A DNA stretch of 61,355 nt from a virus (lineage: Duplodnaviria; Caudoviricetes): IMG/VR virus record IMGVR_UViG_3300037180_000072, positions 1 to 61,355 of that record; one strand, 5' to 3'. The position numbers and the translations under genes are program-made. Below, piece after piece: positions 47,880 to 56,097 of the stretch. Under the pieces are notes generated by a model. The model saw only the letters and a program-made list of their open reading frames with translations. It searched no databases and was not told where the DNA came from. Each line of letters opens with the position of its first letter. Position 1 is the first letter of the stretch.

Positions 47880-47964
47880 TGGTTGCGGAGGCCGAGAATC
47901 GAACTCAGCGTGCCAATTGGCGCCGGTTTATGAGACCGACAACCCTCCATGGGTAGTCTCCGCA
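47880..47964 (-). tRNA. atypical tRNA(CAU) with long variable arm
   Basis: TGCGGAG/CTCCGCA-A-CCA; anticodon loop CTCATAA; variable hairpin GCCAATTGGC; 6-bp T-stem with TTCGATT loop. Confidence 0.75.
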
Positions 47965-47981
47965 GACGAAAACCCTTCATT

Positions 47982-47999
47982 TATGGACAAAAAAGTCTT
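47982..47999 (-). promoter_or_regulatory. phage late-promoter motif copy 7 (AAGACTTTTTTGTCCATA)
   Basis: Consensus match 18 nt upstream of the tRNA pair. Confidence 0.75.
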
Positions 48000-48267
48000 A
48001 TTGTCCCGACTGCTCCGAAGGTATTGACTTCAACTTCTGAACACGCTCGTAACCCTTAATCGCTCTGGCAAACTTTTCAATCAGTTTGCGCTCGGGCAAG
48101 TTAAGAGGCTCAAGAATGTACAGAACTTCCTTGGCCGCGCGGTAGAGTTTTTCGGTGGAGGTCATTGTTGTTTTACCCGAAACGCGTAGTACAAACCAGA
48201 AACAAATCCCAGGTCAAACACGACCCATACCCACATTGGCACAAACCAGTATTTAAGCATAACAAAA

Positions 48268-48310
48268 ATCCTCCGAAGCTAGAGTAAGCCTTCGGAGGAT
48301 AGGATGTCAA
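48268..48310 (-). promoter_or_regulatory. sigma70-like promoter overlapped by an 11-bp inverted repeat
   Basis: TTGACA-18-TACTCT; ATCCTCCGAAG/CTTCGGAGGAT. Confidence 0.45.
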
Positions 48311-48327
48311 CTACTTTTTGCGAGTGA

Positions 48328-48522
48328 CTAGGCCGTGACGGCGCCGGAGAGGCGTTCGAGTTCGGCGAAGCTTTCGGTCGAGATGCTGAGTCGGGCGTCG
48401 GTCGCGCGTTGGTAAGTTCCGGGATTGGCTCCGGTTCCGTGTTCGGCCACGAAGTCTCGGCCTGCCTGGCTCACCGGGCGAATCTCGTTGCCCTTGAAGA
48501 GTAGATCGAATCGTACGTCCAT
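48328..48522 (-). CDS. hypothetical small protein
   Basis: 64 aa; GAGGT RBS; downstream of a sigma70 promoter. Confidence 0.5.
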   Translation of the reverse strand: MDVRFDLLFKGNEIRPVSQAGRDFVAEHGTGANPGTYQRATDARLSISTESFAELERLSGAVTA

Positions 48523-48597
48523 CGGTACACCTCTTTCTTGAACTTCTGAATTTTGAATCTAAAGACGGGCTAAAGCAGACTACCCGCCAGCACCACG

Positions 48598-48626
48598 AAG
48601 GTACCAGCGGGCAGTGGGAATGTCAA
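48598..48626 (-). promoter_or_regulatory. sigma70-type promoter
   Basis: TTGACA-17-TACCTT with a TGn extension. Confidence 0.6.
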
Positions 48627-48647
48627 GAACTAATTCGATGTAAAGTG

Positions 48648-49256
48648 TTACACCAAATTGAGTTCGAAAAAGTCCAGATTGATTACAACGCCAGTTTCGG
48701 TGCCGCCGAGAGTCGCGGTCAGAAGGAAGTTCAGGTCAGCTTCGCCAACCAGTCCGGTGATCGTGGTGATCACGGTCTGGGCCTTGGTCGTGCCGAAAAT
48801 ATTGCTGGTGTAGTAACCATTGATGTTGCCCTGAGCGTCCAGTTGAATGTACGCATCCAGAACGAACGAGCCAGCGGTTTCAGTCGAGCCCAGCGTGACG
48901 GCAGCCTGTAGGCCGACAGCGGTGCCCAAGCCGTAAACGGTGGCGCTGGAGTCGGTCGAGGGGATCGGCAGCGCGGACGCGGGAATTTGGTACAGTTCAA
49001 TCGCGAGCGTGGTCGAGCTTGACGTGCCGCCGGTCAATTGGCCGGAAGCATGGATGTTGATGACCTGACCCGTGCCCTGGTAGAGGCCGGTGACGCCAGC
49101 GGACAAGGGAATATAGCCCCCGCCGGTCAGCGTGAGCGCGTTGTTGTTCAACTGGAACACGGACTGCGTGGTCGTGATGGTAGTCCCGAGCAAGGGGGCG
49201 ATGGTGAGTTGCTGGGTGCCGCCGATTTGACGCCGGATGGTCGATGCGTTAGAAAT
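48648..49256 (-). CDS. capsid decoration / minor head protein, probable AUU start
   Basis: Beta-rich Thr/Gly protein downstream of the capsid gene; GAGGAG RBS precedes an in-frame ATT at 49256. Confidence 0.55.
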   Translation of the reverse strand: MSNASTIRRQIGGTQQLTIAPLLGTTITTTQSVFQLNNNALTLTGGGYIPLSAGVTGLYQGTGQVINIHASGQLTGGTSSSTTLAIELYQIPASALPIPSTDSSATVYGLGTAVGLQAAVTLGSTETAGSFVLDAYIQLDAQGNINGYYTSNIFGTTKAQTVITTITGLVGEADLNFLLTATLGGTETGVVINLDFFELNLV

Positions 49257-49292
49257 TGTAGTCTCTCCTCTATTCGTACCGTTTGAGGTACG

Positions 49293-49889
49293 CTATTGCT
49301 TTTGGTGCGTATTCAAATACGTGATTCCTGCGGCTAAAATCCCTGGGTTGTCTTTCGCGTGGCCCAGCATGTGATTGCACCGGGAGCACAACAAACCTCG
49401 CACGCATTTACCGCAGGACTTCTTCTGATTAGGGCAACAGCCGTGATCGTGATCTACGCAGAGCCTCTTGTCTGTGTCATTGAGGCCACCGCAGATTGCA
49501 CAACCGCCGTTTTGCTTCGCTAGGAGAGCGTCGTATCTTTCCCGAGACATTTGGTAGTTATGTCTCAGGTTGCTCTCCCAAAAGAAATCTGGATTTTCCG
49601 CCACGTTCTTGGCTCGCCATGCAACCATGTAATCGTGGTCGTAGGCTTTTCCAGTTTCTTCGGCGATCCTCTTTCGGTTGGCTCGACGTTTTATTCCTGC
49701 CTGCTCCGTCTTTGCCGCCCGATTATAAATCGCCCGCGCTTTATCAGGATTGCGGTGTCGCCAGTCCTGACCTTGCGCATAGACGCAGGGTTTGCACCAC
49801 GTATGATGGCCGCCCTTGTATCCCTTGCGTACTGCAAACTCATCAATCGACTTCTCGATCCCACAACGGGTGCAGGTTTTGGTTTCCAT
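49293..49889 (-). CDS. free-standing endonuclease VII-family homing endonuclease
   Basis: CTRC/CKPC N-terminal Zn finger; QNGGCAIC..VDHDH..VRGLLCSRCN. Confidence 0.85.
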   Translation of the reverse strand: METKTCTRCGIEKSIDEFAVRKGYKGGHHTWCKPCVYAQGQDWRHRNPDKARAIYNRAAKTEQAGIKRRANRKRIAEETGKAYDHDYMVAWRAKNVAENPDFFWESNLRHNYQMSRERYDALLAKQNGGCAICGGLNDTDKRLCVDHDHGCCPNQKKSCGKCVRGLLCSRCNHMLGHAKDNPGILAAGITYLNTHQKQ

Positions 49890-49905
49890 GGTCTCTCCCT
49901 ATATC

Positions 49906-49923
49906 TATGGGAGAGAAAGTCTT
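49906..49923 (-). promoter_or_regulatory. phage late-promoter motif copy 8 (AAGACTTTCTCTCCCATA)
   Basis: Consensus match 17 nt upstream of the homing nuclease. Confidence 0.7.
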
Positions 49924-49927
49924 AAAG

Positions 49928-49964
49928 TTAGATTGCTGATACCTCAGATGGCACTAACTTCAGA
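49928..49964 (-). repeat. tandem recoded duplicate of the capsid C-terminus (SEVSAI*)
   Basis: TCT GAA GTT AGT GCC ATC TGA (49964..49944) overlapped by TCT GAG GTA TCA GCA ATC TAA (49948..49928). Confidence 0.8.
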
Positions 49965-51158
49965 ACGAACGCGTCTAAACCCAGGAGTGGAATTGGTCTG
50001 GGGCCTGGCCACCACACCCAAAAACCAGTCGTAACTTACGATTGCCCTTGTCTGCAGCATCGGGTTCGAAAGGTCGATGTCGTTATCGCCAAATGTCTTG
50101 ACGTTAACCTTGAAGCTAGGGTTGCGCGGCACGCGGTTGCCCAGCAGTTCCGACGCCATCATGGCTTCGCGGCCAACGATGTACGTCCCGTATCCGGTCT
50201 TTCCGACCGACGGATAGTTCGTGTAAGTCGGCGTGGTCTGGGTGCGGATGATGCGAACTCCGCTCCATTCCAGCACCGTATACCCGCGCGTCATGTCACT
50301 CTTCAGGACACTGGCGCCAGCTTCGGAGCGCTTGAGCACGTCAACGGCGCTGCCCGCAGAGTTGTCGCTCATAAAATCATAAACGACATAGGGGTGCATG
50401 GCACTCGTGTACAGCCCGCCATCGCGGCCCGGCACGGCGTTGCCCATCAACTGGGACTCGGCCTTGCGGATCGTGTTGGAAAGCATGAACTCGTTGTCAA
50501 GCAAATCGATGCGAGCGGACGACTGCGCGGTTGCGGCAGCTTCGAATCCGTTGATCGCGATCAGATTGCTCGTGAGGGCGCCGCGATAAGACAGGTTGCG
50601 GCTCGCGTCCAGCGTAATGTCCGCGAGGAACATTTGCTGGGCGACGTTCGAGATGCCGATCCAGTCACCATACTCATCAGCAAACGCGTCGCTGAAGACT
50701 TGGTTCAACTGGAGTGACGGACCCGGAATGCCTTCAGACAAATCGTAGGTCGCGGCAGCGTACGGAGTTTGGCCGTAGAACTGGAGCGTGCGGCCAGATC
50801 GGCGCGGGAGCGGGCGGAAATCGCATAATTCTTCCAAAAACGGAGTGTTGAATTGCCCAAGACTGTTACTCGCTCGCGCGAGGCCAGGTCATTTCTGCCT
50901 GACTCTTCCGGTTGTTATTCCCGGAAAGTTCGGACTATTGCATCACCCCGAAGGGTGTCTTCTCGCTTAGTCTCTCACGGTGGCTTTCGCCTTCCGCCTC
51001 GTTGGCATTTCAGCTTTCGAGTCAATCAGAGAAGATTTTCTGTTCCAGATTTCGCTGGACAGGAGCAGCTATGTTTACTCAAGGATCGCTGTGCGATCAT
51101 ATGCGATTTGTGGAAATGCCGCCAAGGTCGTGGATGTGACGCCCGGAGGTAGAATCAA
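49944..51158 (-). CDS. major capsid protein (N4-gp56-like), spliced: exon 1 51158..51077, exon 2 50857..49944 (331 aa)
   Basis: Follows portal and scaffold; RPLPRRSGRTLQF, EYGDWIGIS, MHPYVVYDF, GVRII motifs; splicing restores the frame (..AILE-W-QFNTPF..). Confidence 0.85.
50858..51076 (-). mobile_element. group I intron (219 nt, no ORF) in the major capsid gene
   Basis: Exon ends in U (GAGU pairs with GCUC); intron ends in G; P3 UCUUCUC/GAGAAGA; P7 GACUA/UAGUC. Confidence 0.88.
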
Positions 51159-51226
51159 GTGGACACCTTCTCTGCCCAAGTTGGGCTACTGGGAGGAGGC
51201 TCTTGCTCAAGAAGACTCGCTCTATT

Positions 51227-51244
51227 TATGGTCCGATAAGTCTG
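51227..51244 (-). promoter_or_regulatory. phage late-promoter motif copy 9 (CAGACTTATCGGACCATA)
   Basis: Consensus match upstream of capsid exon 1. Confidence 0.7.
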
Positions 51245-51248
51245 TTTT

Positions 51249-51662
51249 CTAGGAGTGACGACGAAGATAAGCCGCTGCAGCCTGCAGAATATCAGTGTTT
51301 TCTTGCGCATACCCGATCACCGAGTTGCACCGTCCGTGAACAAGTGCTCGAAACTTTTTAGTCTTGTGGTCGTGGTCTACTACTAATGTGGTTTGAAGAT
51401 CGTCGTCAACCGGGGGTTTTCCACAAAGAGCGCAAAGCCCATTTTGTTTTACTAATTCCTCTTCATACCGCTCGGGAGTAATTCCATATGACCGCTTCAA
51501 ATGGTGACGGCGATGAAACGGATTATTTCCACGTTGATAGTCGCGCGTTCGTTTACATATACATGTTTTGCATTCGCTGGCATGCGGAGGATAGAAATTG
51601 TTGGGATCGCGCTCGCCGCACTTCTTGCAGATACGGGGTTTTCTACTACCTTTGACTGGCAT
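51249..51662 (-). CDS. endonuclease VII-family homing endonuclease
   Basis: CKKC/CKTC; YGITPE.Y..QNGLCALC..VDHDH..RALVHGRCN. Confidence 0.85.
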   Translation of the reverse strand: MPVKGSRKPRICKKCGERDPNNFYPPHASECKTCICKRTRDYQRGNNPFHRRHHLKRSYGITPERYEEELVKQNGLCALCGKPPVDDDLQTTLVVDHDHKTKKFRALVHGRCNSVIGYAQENTDILQAAAAYLRRHS

Positions 51663-51764
51663 TTTTCCCTCCCTAAAGGGAGCCTGAGTGGGGAAGCGTT
51701 AGGGCGCTCCCCCGATCCTCGGCTAAAGAGAGCGGTAGAGGTTGTCGCACGCTCTCAAACTTTT

Positions 51765-51929
51765 TTACGCTCTTCGATATTGCGGCGCGCCAATCCGGTC
51801 CAGCCTTCGTTCAACTACCGCGAGCCGATCATTGTGATCAGGGCCATGCCGCGACGCGAGACGCAAAGCCTCTTTTGCAATACGCACCAACTTGTTCCAT
51901 TCTGCCCGCGTGATTGGTTTCCTTACCAT
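51765..51929 (-). CDS. small basic hypothetical protein
   Basis: MVRKPITRAEW..., GAGGT RBS, directly after the scaffold stop. Confidence 0.45.
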   Translation of the reverse strand: MVRKPITRAEWNKLVRIAKEALRLASRHGPDHNDRLAVVERRLDRIGAPQYRRA

Positions 51930-51930
51930 C

Positions 51931-53028
51931 TTACCTCTTCGCGCGAAACGCTTCTTGAAACGCAGCGTTCGGGTCTTGTCCGTTTTTGAGTTTCGCGGCT
52001 TTCCATGCTTCCAGAATTTCTCCTGGCGTCGCACCTGCGGGAATCTCTACTGTAGCGTCGGCGTTCGCCGGTGTCGCAATTGTCGCTCCCGTGCCCGAGC
52101 TTACGCCAAATAGCGACGATGAAGTTGGCGCAGTTCGCGCAGCAACGGCTGGCGCAGCGGGTGCAGCCACAGGAGCCGGTGCCGCTGAAGTCGCAACGGT
52201 CGTAGCTGCCGGTGCAGCAGGCGCGGGTGTTGCCGACGCCGGTGCGTCAGGGGGAAACAGCATCTTGTCCGACTGCAGTGAAGCATATGCCTCACGCAAC
52301 GCGCCAACTTTGTCTTTAGCTTCTGAAAGAGGCTTTCCTTCGGCATCGCGCAAAGCCGTCAACTTCAATCCCAGCAATTCCGTGTTGCGCTCTCCGCCCG
52401 GCCAGTCGGAACTTTTCAAAAACTCTGTCGTCGCGTCCGCCCACGATTTCTCATACGCGCTACTTTGATTCTGTTCGACGGCAGCTTTCAGCGCGGACAA
52501 GGGAACGCCTTGCTTTTCCAAATATTCCGCCATCGCGCCAGACTGCTCGATGTAATCCGCCGCGCCAATTTCACCGCGTTTGAATTTCAGTTCCAGTTCC
52601 ACTCGCGCAACCGCATCAGCCTCTGCCTTGGCCGCAGCCGCAGCTTGCGCCGCAACGGGATCAACCACGTCTTCGCGCGTCGGGGGTTCGTGTGACTGGA
52701 CCGCCGAAGCCACTCGGTACGCATTCGATACCATGCGCTCAAGTTCAAGTTCGGTCGGGGCCGTGAAAGTGAATTCTCGTCCACCGATTATTTCCGTGCG
52801 CGAAAAATCTGTCGCAGTCGCGGCATCCTTCGCAGCCTGCTCGGCAGCAATGCGTGCAGTTTCCGCTTGGGCCGCCGCAGCCTGTTCAGCCTGCGTGGCG
52901 CCCGTCTGTTTCTGGGCCTCGGCCAAGATAGCTGCGCGCAAGTCCTCGGGATTTATGGCCGCCTTGACTGCCGCGTCCAGTTCAGCGTTCATGGTTACCG
53001 GATTCAGCACAACGGTTTCATCGCTCAT
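51931..53028 (-). CDS. capsid scaffolding protein
   Basis: Ala-rich helical protein with a Pro/Ala linker and short C-terminal helices, between portal and capsid. Confidence 0.7.
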   Translation of the reverse strand: MSDETVVLNPVTMNAELDAAVKAAINPEDLRAAILAEAQKQTGATQAEQAAAAQAETARIAAEQAAKDAATATDFSRTEIIGGREFTFTAPTELELERMVSNAYRVASAVQSHEPPTREDVVDPVAAQAAAAAKAEADAVARVELELKFKRGEIGAADYIEQSGAMAEYLEKQGVPLSALKAAVEQNQSSAYEKSWADATTEFLKSSDWPGGERNTELLGLKLTALRDAEGKPLSEAKDKVGALREAYASLQSDKMLFPPDAPASATPAPAAPAATTVATSAAPAPVAAPAAPAVAARTAPTSSSLFGVSSGTGATIATPANADATVEIPAGATPGEILEAWKAAKLKNGQDPNAAFQEAFRAKR

Positions 53029-53048
53029 GGTTGAAAGCTCCTTATATT

Positions 53049-53066
53049 TATGGGTGAATAAGTCTT
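53049..53066 (-). promoter_or_regulatory. phage late-promoter motif copy 10 (AAGACTTATTCACCCATA)
   Basis: Consensus match 21 nt upstream of the scaffold gene. Confidence 0.75.
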
Positions 53067-53098
53067 AAAGTTTCTGAAATCTTGTTACGCGTCCGAAA

Positions 53099-53338
53099 CT
53101 AAGAATTAGTTGTGGTGACTGGAGGCAGTCCATTCGAAGCTGACATTATTCCATCCTTGTGGTATATTTCGTGCGATACGCAAATCGGACAACCAGAAAT
53201 ACCGACATACTCCCCATGCGTAAAACAGTTTCCGCCGCCGCGATGAGAACCTTCGTGCCCCTTCTCAAGCACGCAAGAAAAGTACATCCCCCATCGAGGA
53301 ATAAATGCTTCTGCCAGCTTGTTGCATTTTTCGGCCAT
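53099..53338 (-). CDS. small Cys/His-rich protein
   Basis: CVLEKGHEGSH and C.TH...GCPIC; TGATG coupling. Confidence 0.5.
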   Translation of the reverse strand: MAEKCNKLAEAFIPRWGMYFSCVLEKGHEGSHRGGGNCFTHGEYVGISGCPICVSHEIYHKDGIMSASNGLPPVTTTNS

Positions 53339-53760
53339 CAGAATGATCCTGGAACGCGCGAATCCATTTCGTCAAACTTCTCCAAGACTTTCACTCGCAC
53401 GTAATCTCCCTGCTCCATGGCGTCTTCCGGCGTCTTCTCGGGCAGGTCAGAAATTAGCGCGCGGGCTTCGTCGAGGCCAGCTTGAATCGCTGAGTTGATT
53501 CTCTGCAGCAATTGTTCGTGATGTTCGAGCGCGCACTGTTGGCGAACTTTCATCACTACGATTTGCTGTGCGTCCCATCCACCATATCGCGCGCAAGCCA
53601 TTGCAGCTTCGTTCACAAGTTCCTGAGATAGTGCGCGCAGGTCGCCGAAGCCGGGATTGGCGCGGAGACTGATTAGCCGATTGGCGCGATCAATTGTTGG
53701 CGTGGATGTAGGCTCGAACGGGGCGGTCGAGTCATGGATCGGGCTAGGATTTGCGCTCAT
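53338..53760 (-). CDS. hypothetical protein (post-portal, Bbp19-like position)
   Basis: 140-aa helical ORF right after the portal gene. Confidence 0.55.
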   Translation of the reverse strand: MSANPSPIHDSTAPFEPTSTPTIDRANRLISLRANPGFGDLRALSQELVNEAAMACARYGGWDAQQIVVMKVRQQCALEHHEQLLQRINSAIQAGLDEARALISDLPEKTPEDAMEQGDYVRVKVLEKFDEMDSRVPGSF

Positions 53761-53796
53761 GTCTTTATGCTGCTCCGAACAACATTGCTTGTCAAG

Positions 53797-56055
53797 TTAT
53801 TTGAATGCGCTTGCGTCCTCAGTTGCAAACGCCCCCTTGGCGGCGCGTTCGAGCCCTTGCGCTTCTGGAGTAGACGCGAACTGCGCTTGCGCCTGTGCTT
53901 GTTGCTGTTGTTTTTGCAATTCCAAATCGTTAGTTTGATCCGTCGTTTTTCCGTGCTCCTTCAGAGTGTGTTTGCCTGTCTCCACCAGCATTCGGTTTTC
54001 GGCGGCGTTATTGTCTACACCCTTTTTCACTTCGCCTTGAAGTTGCACGATACCGGCCTTACTTTGCATGGCCCCCTGCTGAGTGTTCGCCATCATGCGC
54101 GCTTTGTCTTCGTCGTTCATTGGGACGAGGATTTGTTCGCGGTACGGCAGGCCATATGAATCAAACAGTGAAGACATGAAAGCGTTATAGTCAACCTTCA
54201 TGGCCTGCACTGCCAAATTCTCCACCGTGCCCGGCGCTTGCAGAATCGTAGCGATGAACCCAAGGTATTTATTCAAAGCCTCTCTGGCCGCCAGCTTCGT
54301 TCCTGCGGAAATTTCAACTTTGTACGTCCCGTTCAAAATATCTAGTGGCGTGGCTTTGAATGCATCGCCGAGCGCTTGAGACAACATCGCTCGAATCTGG
54401 CTGGGCTTGAGTTTCTGGTTCTGCTCGATACAATACTCCAAAAATGGAGTGAACACCTGCTCAGAAATCACGTCAACCAAGTCCTGCAACTTGACAGACT
54501 CTCCGCCAGAGATAGCTTCCACACCCGCAGGCGTGCGCATATCCCCGGCGGCGCCTGGGTTCGCACCCAATGTGCCCGGTCCCGCGCCGGATATCGAAGC
54601 CGCCCAAGCTTTTACTTGAGCGATGATTGCCAATGGCTCTTTTGCGTCAATACCGTTGCGCGTGATGGCTTCGAGTTTGCCATTCGCACCGTCGTTCTTG
54701 AAAATCTTGCCAGGGAAAATCCATTGTGCCTGTGCGCTGTTATTCGTACCCGCCGGAGCCGTATACGTTCCCATCAAGTTTAGGTTCACGTCGTCCATGA
54801 AAGCGTTGACGATACCTTGGCAGATACGTTGAAAGTCTGTCAGCCAATAAGCGATGCCGTATCCGTGGGCGGAATCAGGGGCGTTGCGGAAGCAGAATCC
54901 CAGAAACGGCGGGCGACCGTTGTCGTGCGTTTCATTCAGCAAAGTATATTCGCTGCCAAGAAACACACCATGGCGAAACGGAGTCCAGTAGTCGAACAAC
55001 TCAAACTTGCGCATCAAAGGGTCGTGCGAAGTCCGGTCGGTGTAGTTTTCAGGATAGGCTTTTTGCGGAGTTGTGGTTTGCTGGAAAATTGGGTTGCCTG
55101 TGTTCGAGCCCAAAGTCTCAAGCGGATTGGTCGCAGACTCACTTTGCATTTGCGGCGTGGTCAGCGCTACGAGTTGCGCGCGGGTAGGGATATTCCAGCC
55201 CTGCGTGTTGCGCAATGCATCCAGTTGGTACCCGGTGACGTAGATGATTCGACCAAACCATTCGGCCACGCGAGGATCGCCACGACGGAGGTCGGGAGCA
55301 TATCGCGCGCGGCGAATGGGAACGTGCTCAAACTTGGGCTGGTTGGTTTCGGATATTCCAACAGTTTTCTCTTCGATTTCGTCTTCGTCCACCACTTGTG
55401 GAACGATGACCAGATTGCCGCCTACGCCCAAGCTTTGAGGATGACTCTTCTGAACTTTTTTGATGACGTTTTTCTTTACTTTTTCCCAACCATAGTGAAC
55501 GACTCCAAAGCCATAGAACAAACCATCGTAGGTGACTTCACGCATCTCGGATTTGATCGAGACACCTTTATACCCACAAGTCTTGAGTTGGGCGTTCAGG
55601 ATGGCTTGCTGGGCCTCGGCGCACTCAAGTGGCGTGCCTGACGTGGGGTCGATTTTGAAACTTTGGTAGCCGCCAAGCAAAGTCTGATTGACGACGCTAT
55701 GAATGCTGTAGAATTGCTCGGCCACAAGAGGAATGCCCAAGTGTGATCGAAATTGATCGGTACCTTTCCACTTGACGGGTTCGACCGCTGCGCGAAGCAT
55801 CAGTTCAGCAGTGTTCCATCGGCCAATGAGCCCACGAGTTGAGATGAAGGTTTCGCTCTCCAGCCTATTGCTTACGGCCTCTTTTAACATCGAGGCATCA
55901 GATCGCCGCTGATCTTCAAACGCGACATCTGTTGGCAGCAGCGGGAGACCTGTTTCGCCGGAGGGGATGGCGCCCGGCAAATCCAAAACACGCATCTGCC
56001 CTTGGTCCTGAAAATGGACAGTAGAGTCTACGTCTTTTTTGAGTTCATCGGGCAT
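53797..56055 (-). CDS. portal protein (P22/N4-like)
   Basis: 752 aa after terminase; GLFYGFGVVHYGWE, HGYGIA, RTPAGV, Q-rich C-terminal barrel. Confidence 0.85.
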   Translation of the reverse strand: MPDELKKDVDSTVHFQDQGQMRVLDLPGAIPSGETGLPLLPTDVAFEDQRRSDASMLKEAVSNRLESETFISTRGLIGRWNTAELMLRAAVEPVKWKGTDQFRSHLGIPLVAEQFYSIHSVVNQTLLGGYQSFKIDPTSGTPLECAEAQQAILNAQLKTCGYKGVSIKSEMREVTYDGLFYGFGVVHYGWEKVKKNVIKKVQKSHPQSLGVGGNLVIVPQVVDEDEIEEKTVGISETNQPKFEHVPIRRARYAPDLRRGDPRVAEWFGRIIYVTGYQLDALRNTQGWNIPTRAQLVALTTPQMQSESATNPLETLGSNTGNPIFQQTTTPQKAYPENYTDRTSHDPLMRKFELFDYWTPFRHGVFLGSEYTLLNETHDNGRPPFLGFCFRNAPDSAHGYGIAYWLTDFQRICQGIVNAFMDDVNLNLMGTYTAPAGTNNSAQAQWIFPGKIFKNDGANGKLEAITRNGIDAKEPLAIIAQVKAWAASISGAGPGTLGANPGAAGDMRTPAGVEAISGGESVKLQDLVDVISEQVFTPFLEYCIEQNQKLKPSQIRAMLSQALGDAFKATPLDILNGTYKVEISAGTKLAAREALNKYLGFIATILQAPGTVENLAVQAMKVDYNAFMSSLFDSYGLPYREQILVPMNDEDKARMMANTQQGAMQSKAGIVQLQGEVKKGVDNNAAENRMLVETGKHTLKEHGKTTDQTNDLELQKQQQQAQAQAQFASTPEAQGLERAAKGAFATEDASAFK

Positions 56056-56069
56056 AAAGGGTTCTCATT

Positions 56070-56087
56070 TATGGTGCAAAAAGTCTT
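56070..56087 (-). promoter_or_regulatory. phage late-promoter motif copy 11 (AAGACTTTTTGCACCATA)
   Basis: Consensus match 15 nt upstream of the portal ATG. Confidence 0.75.
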
Positions 56088-56097
56088 ATTACGAGCC

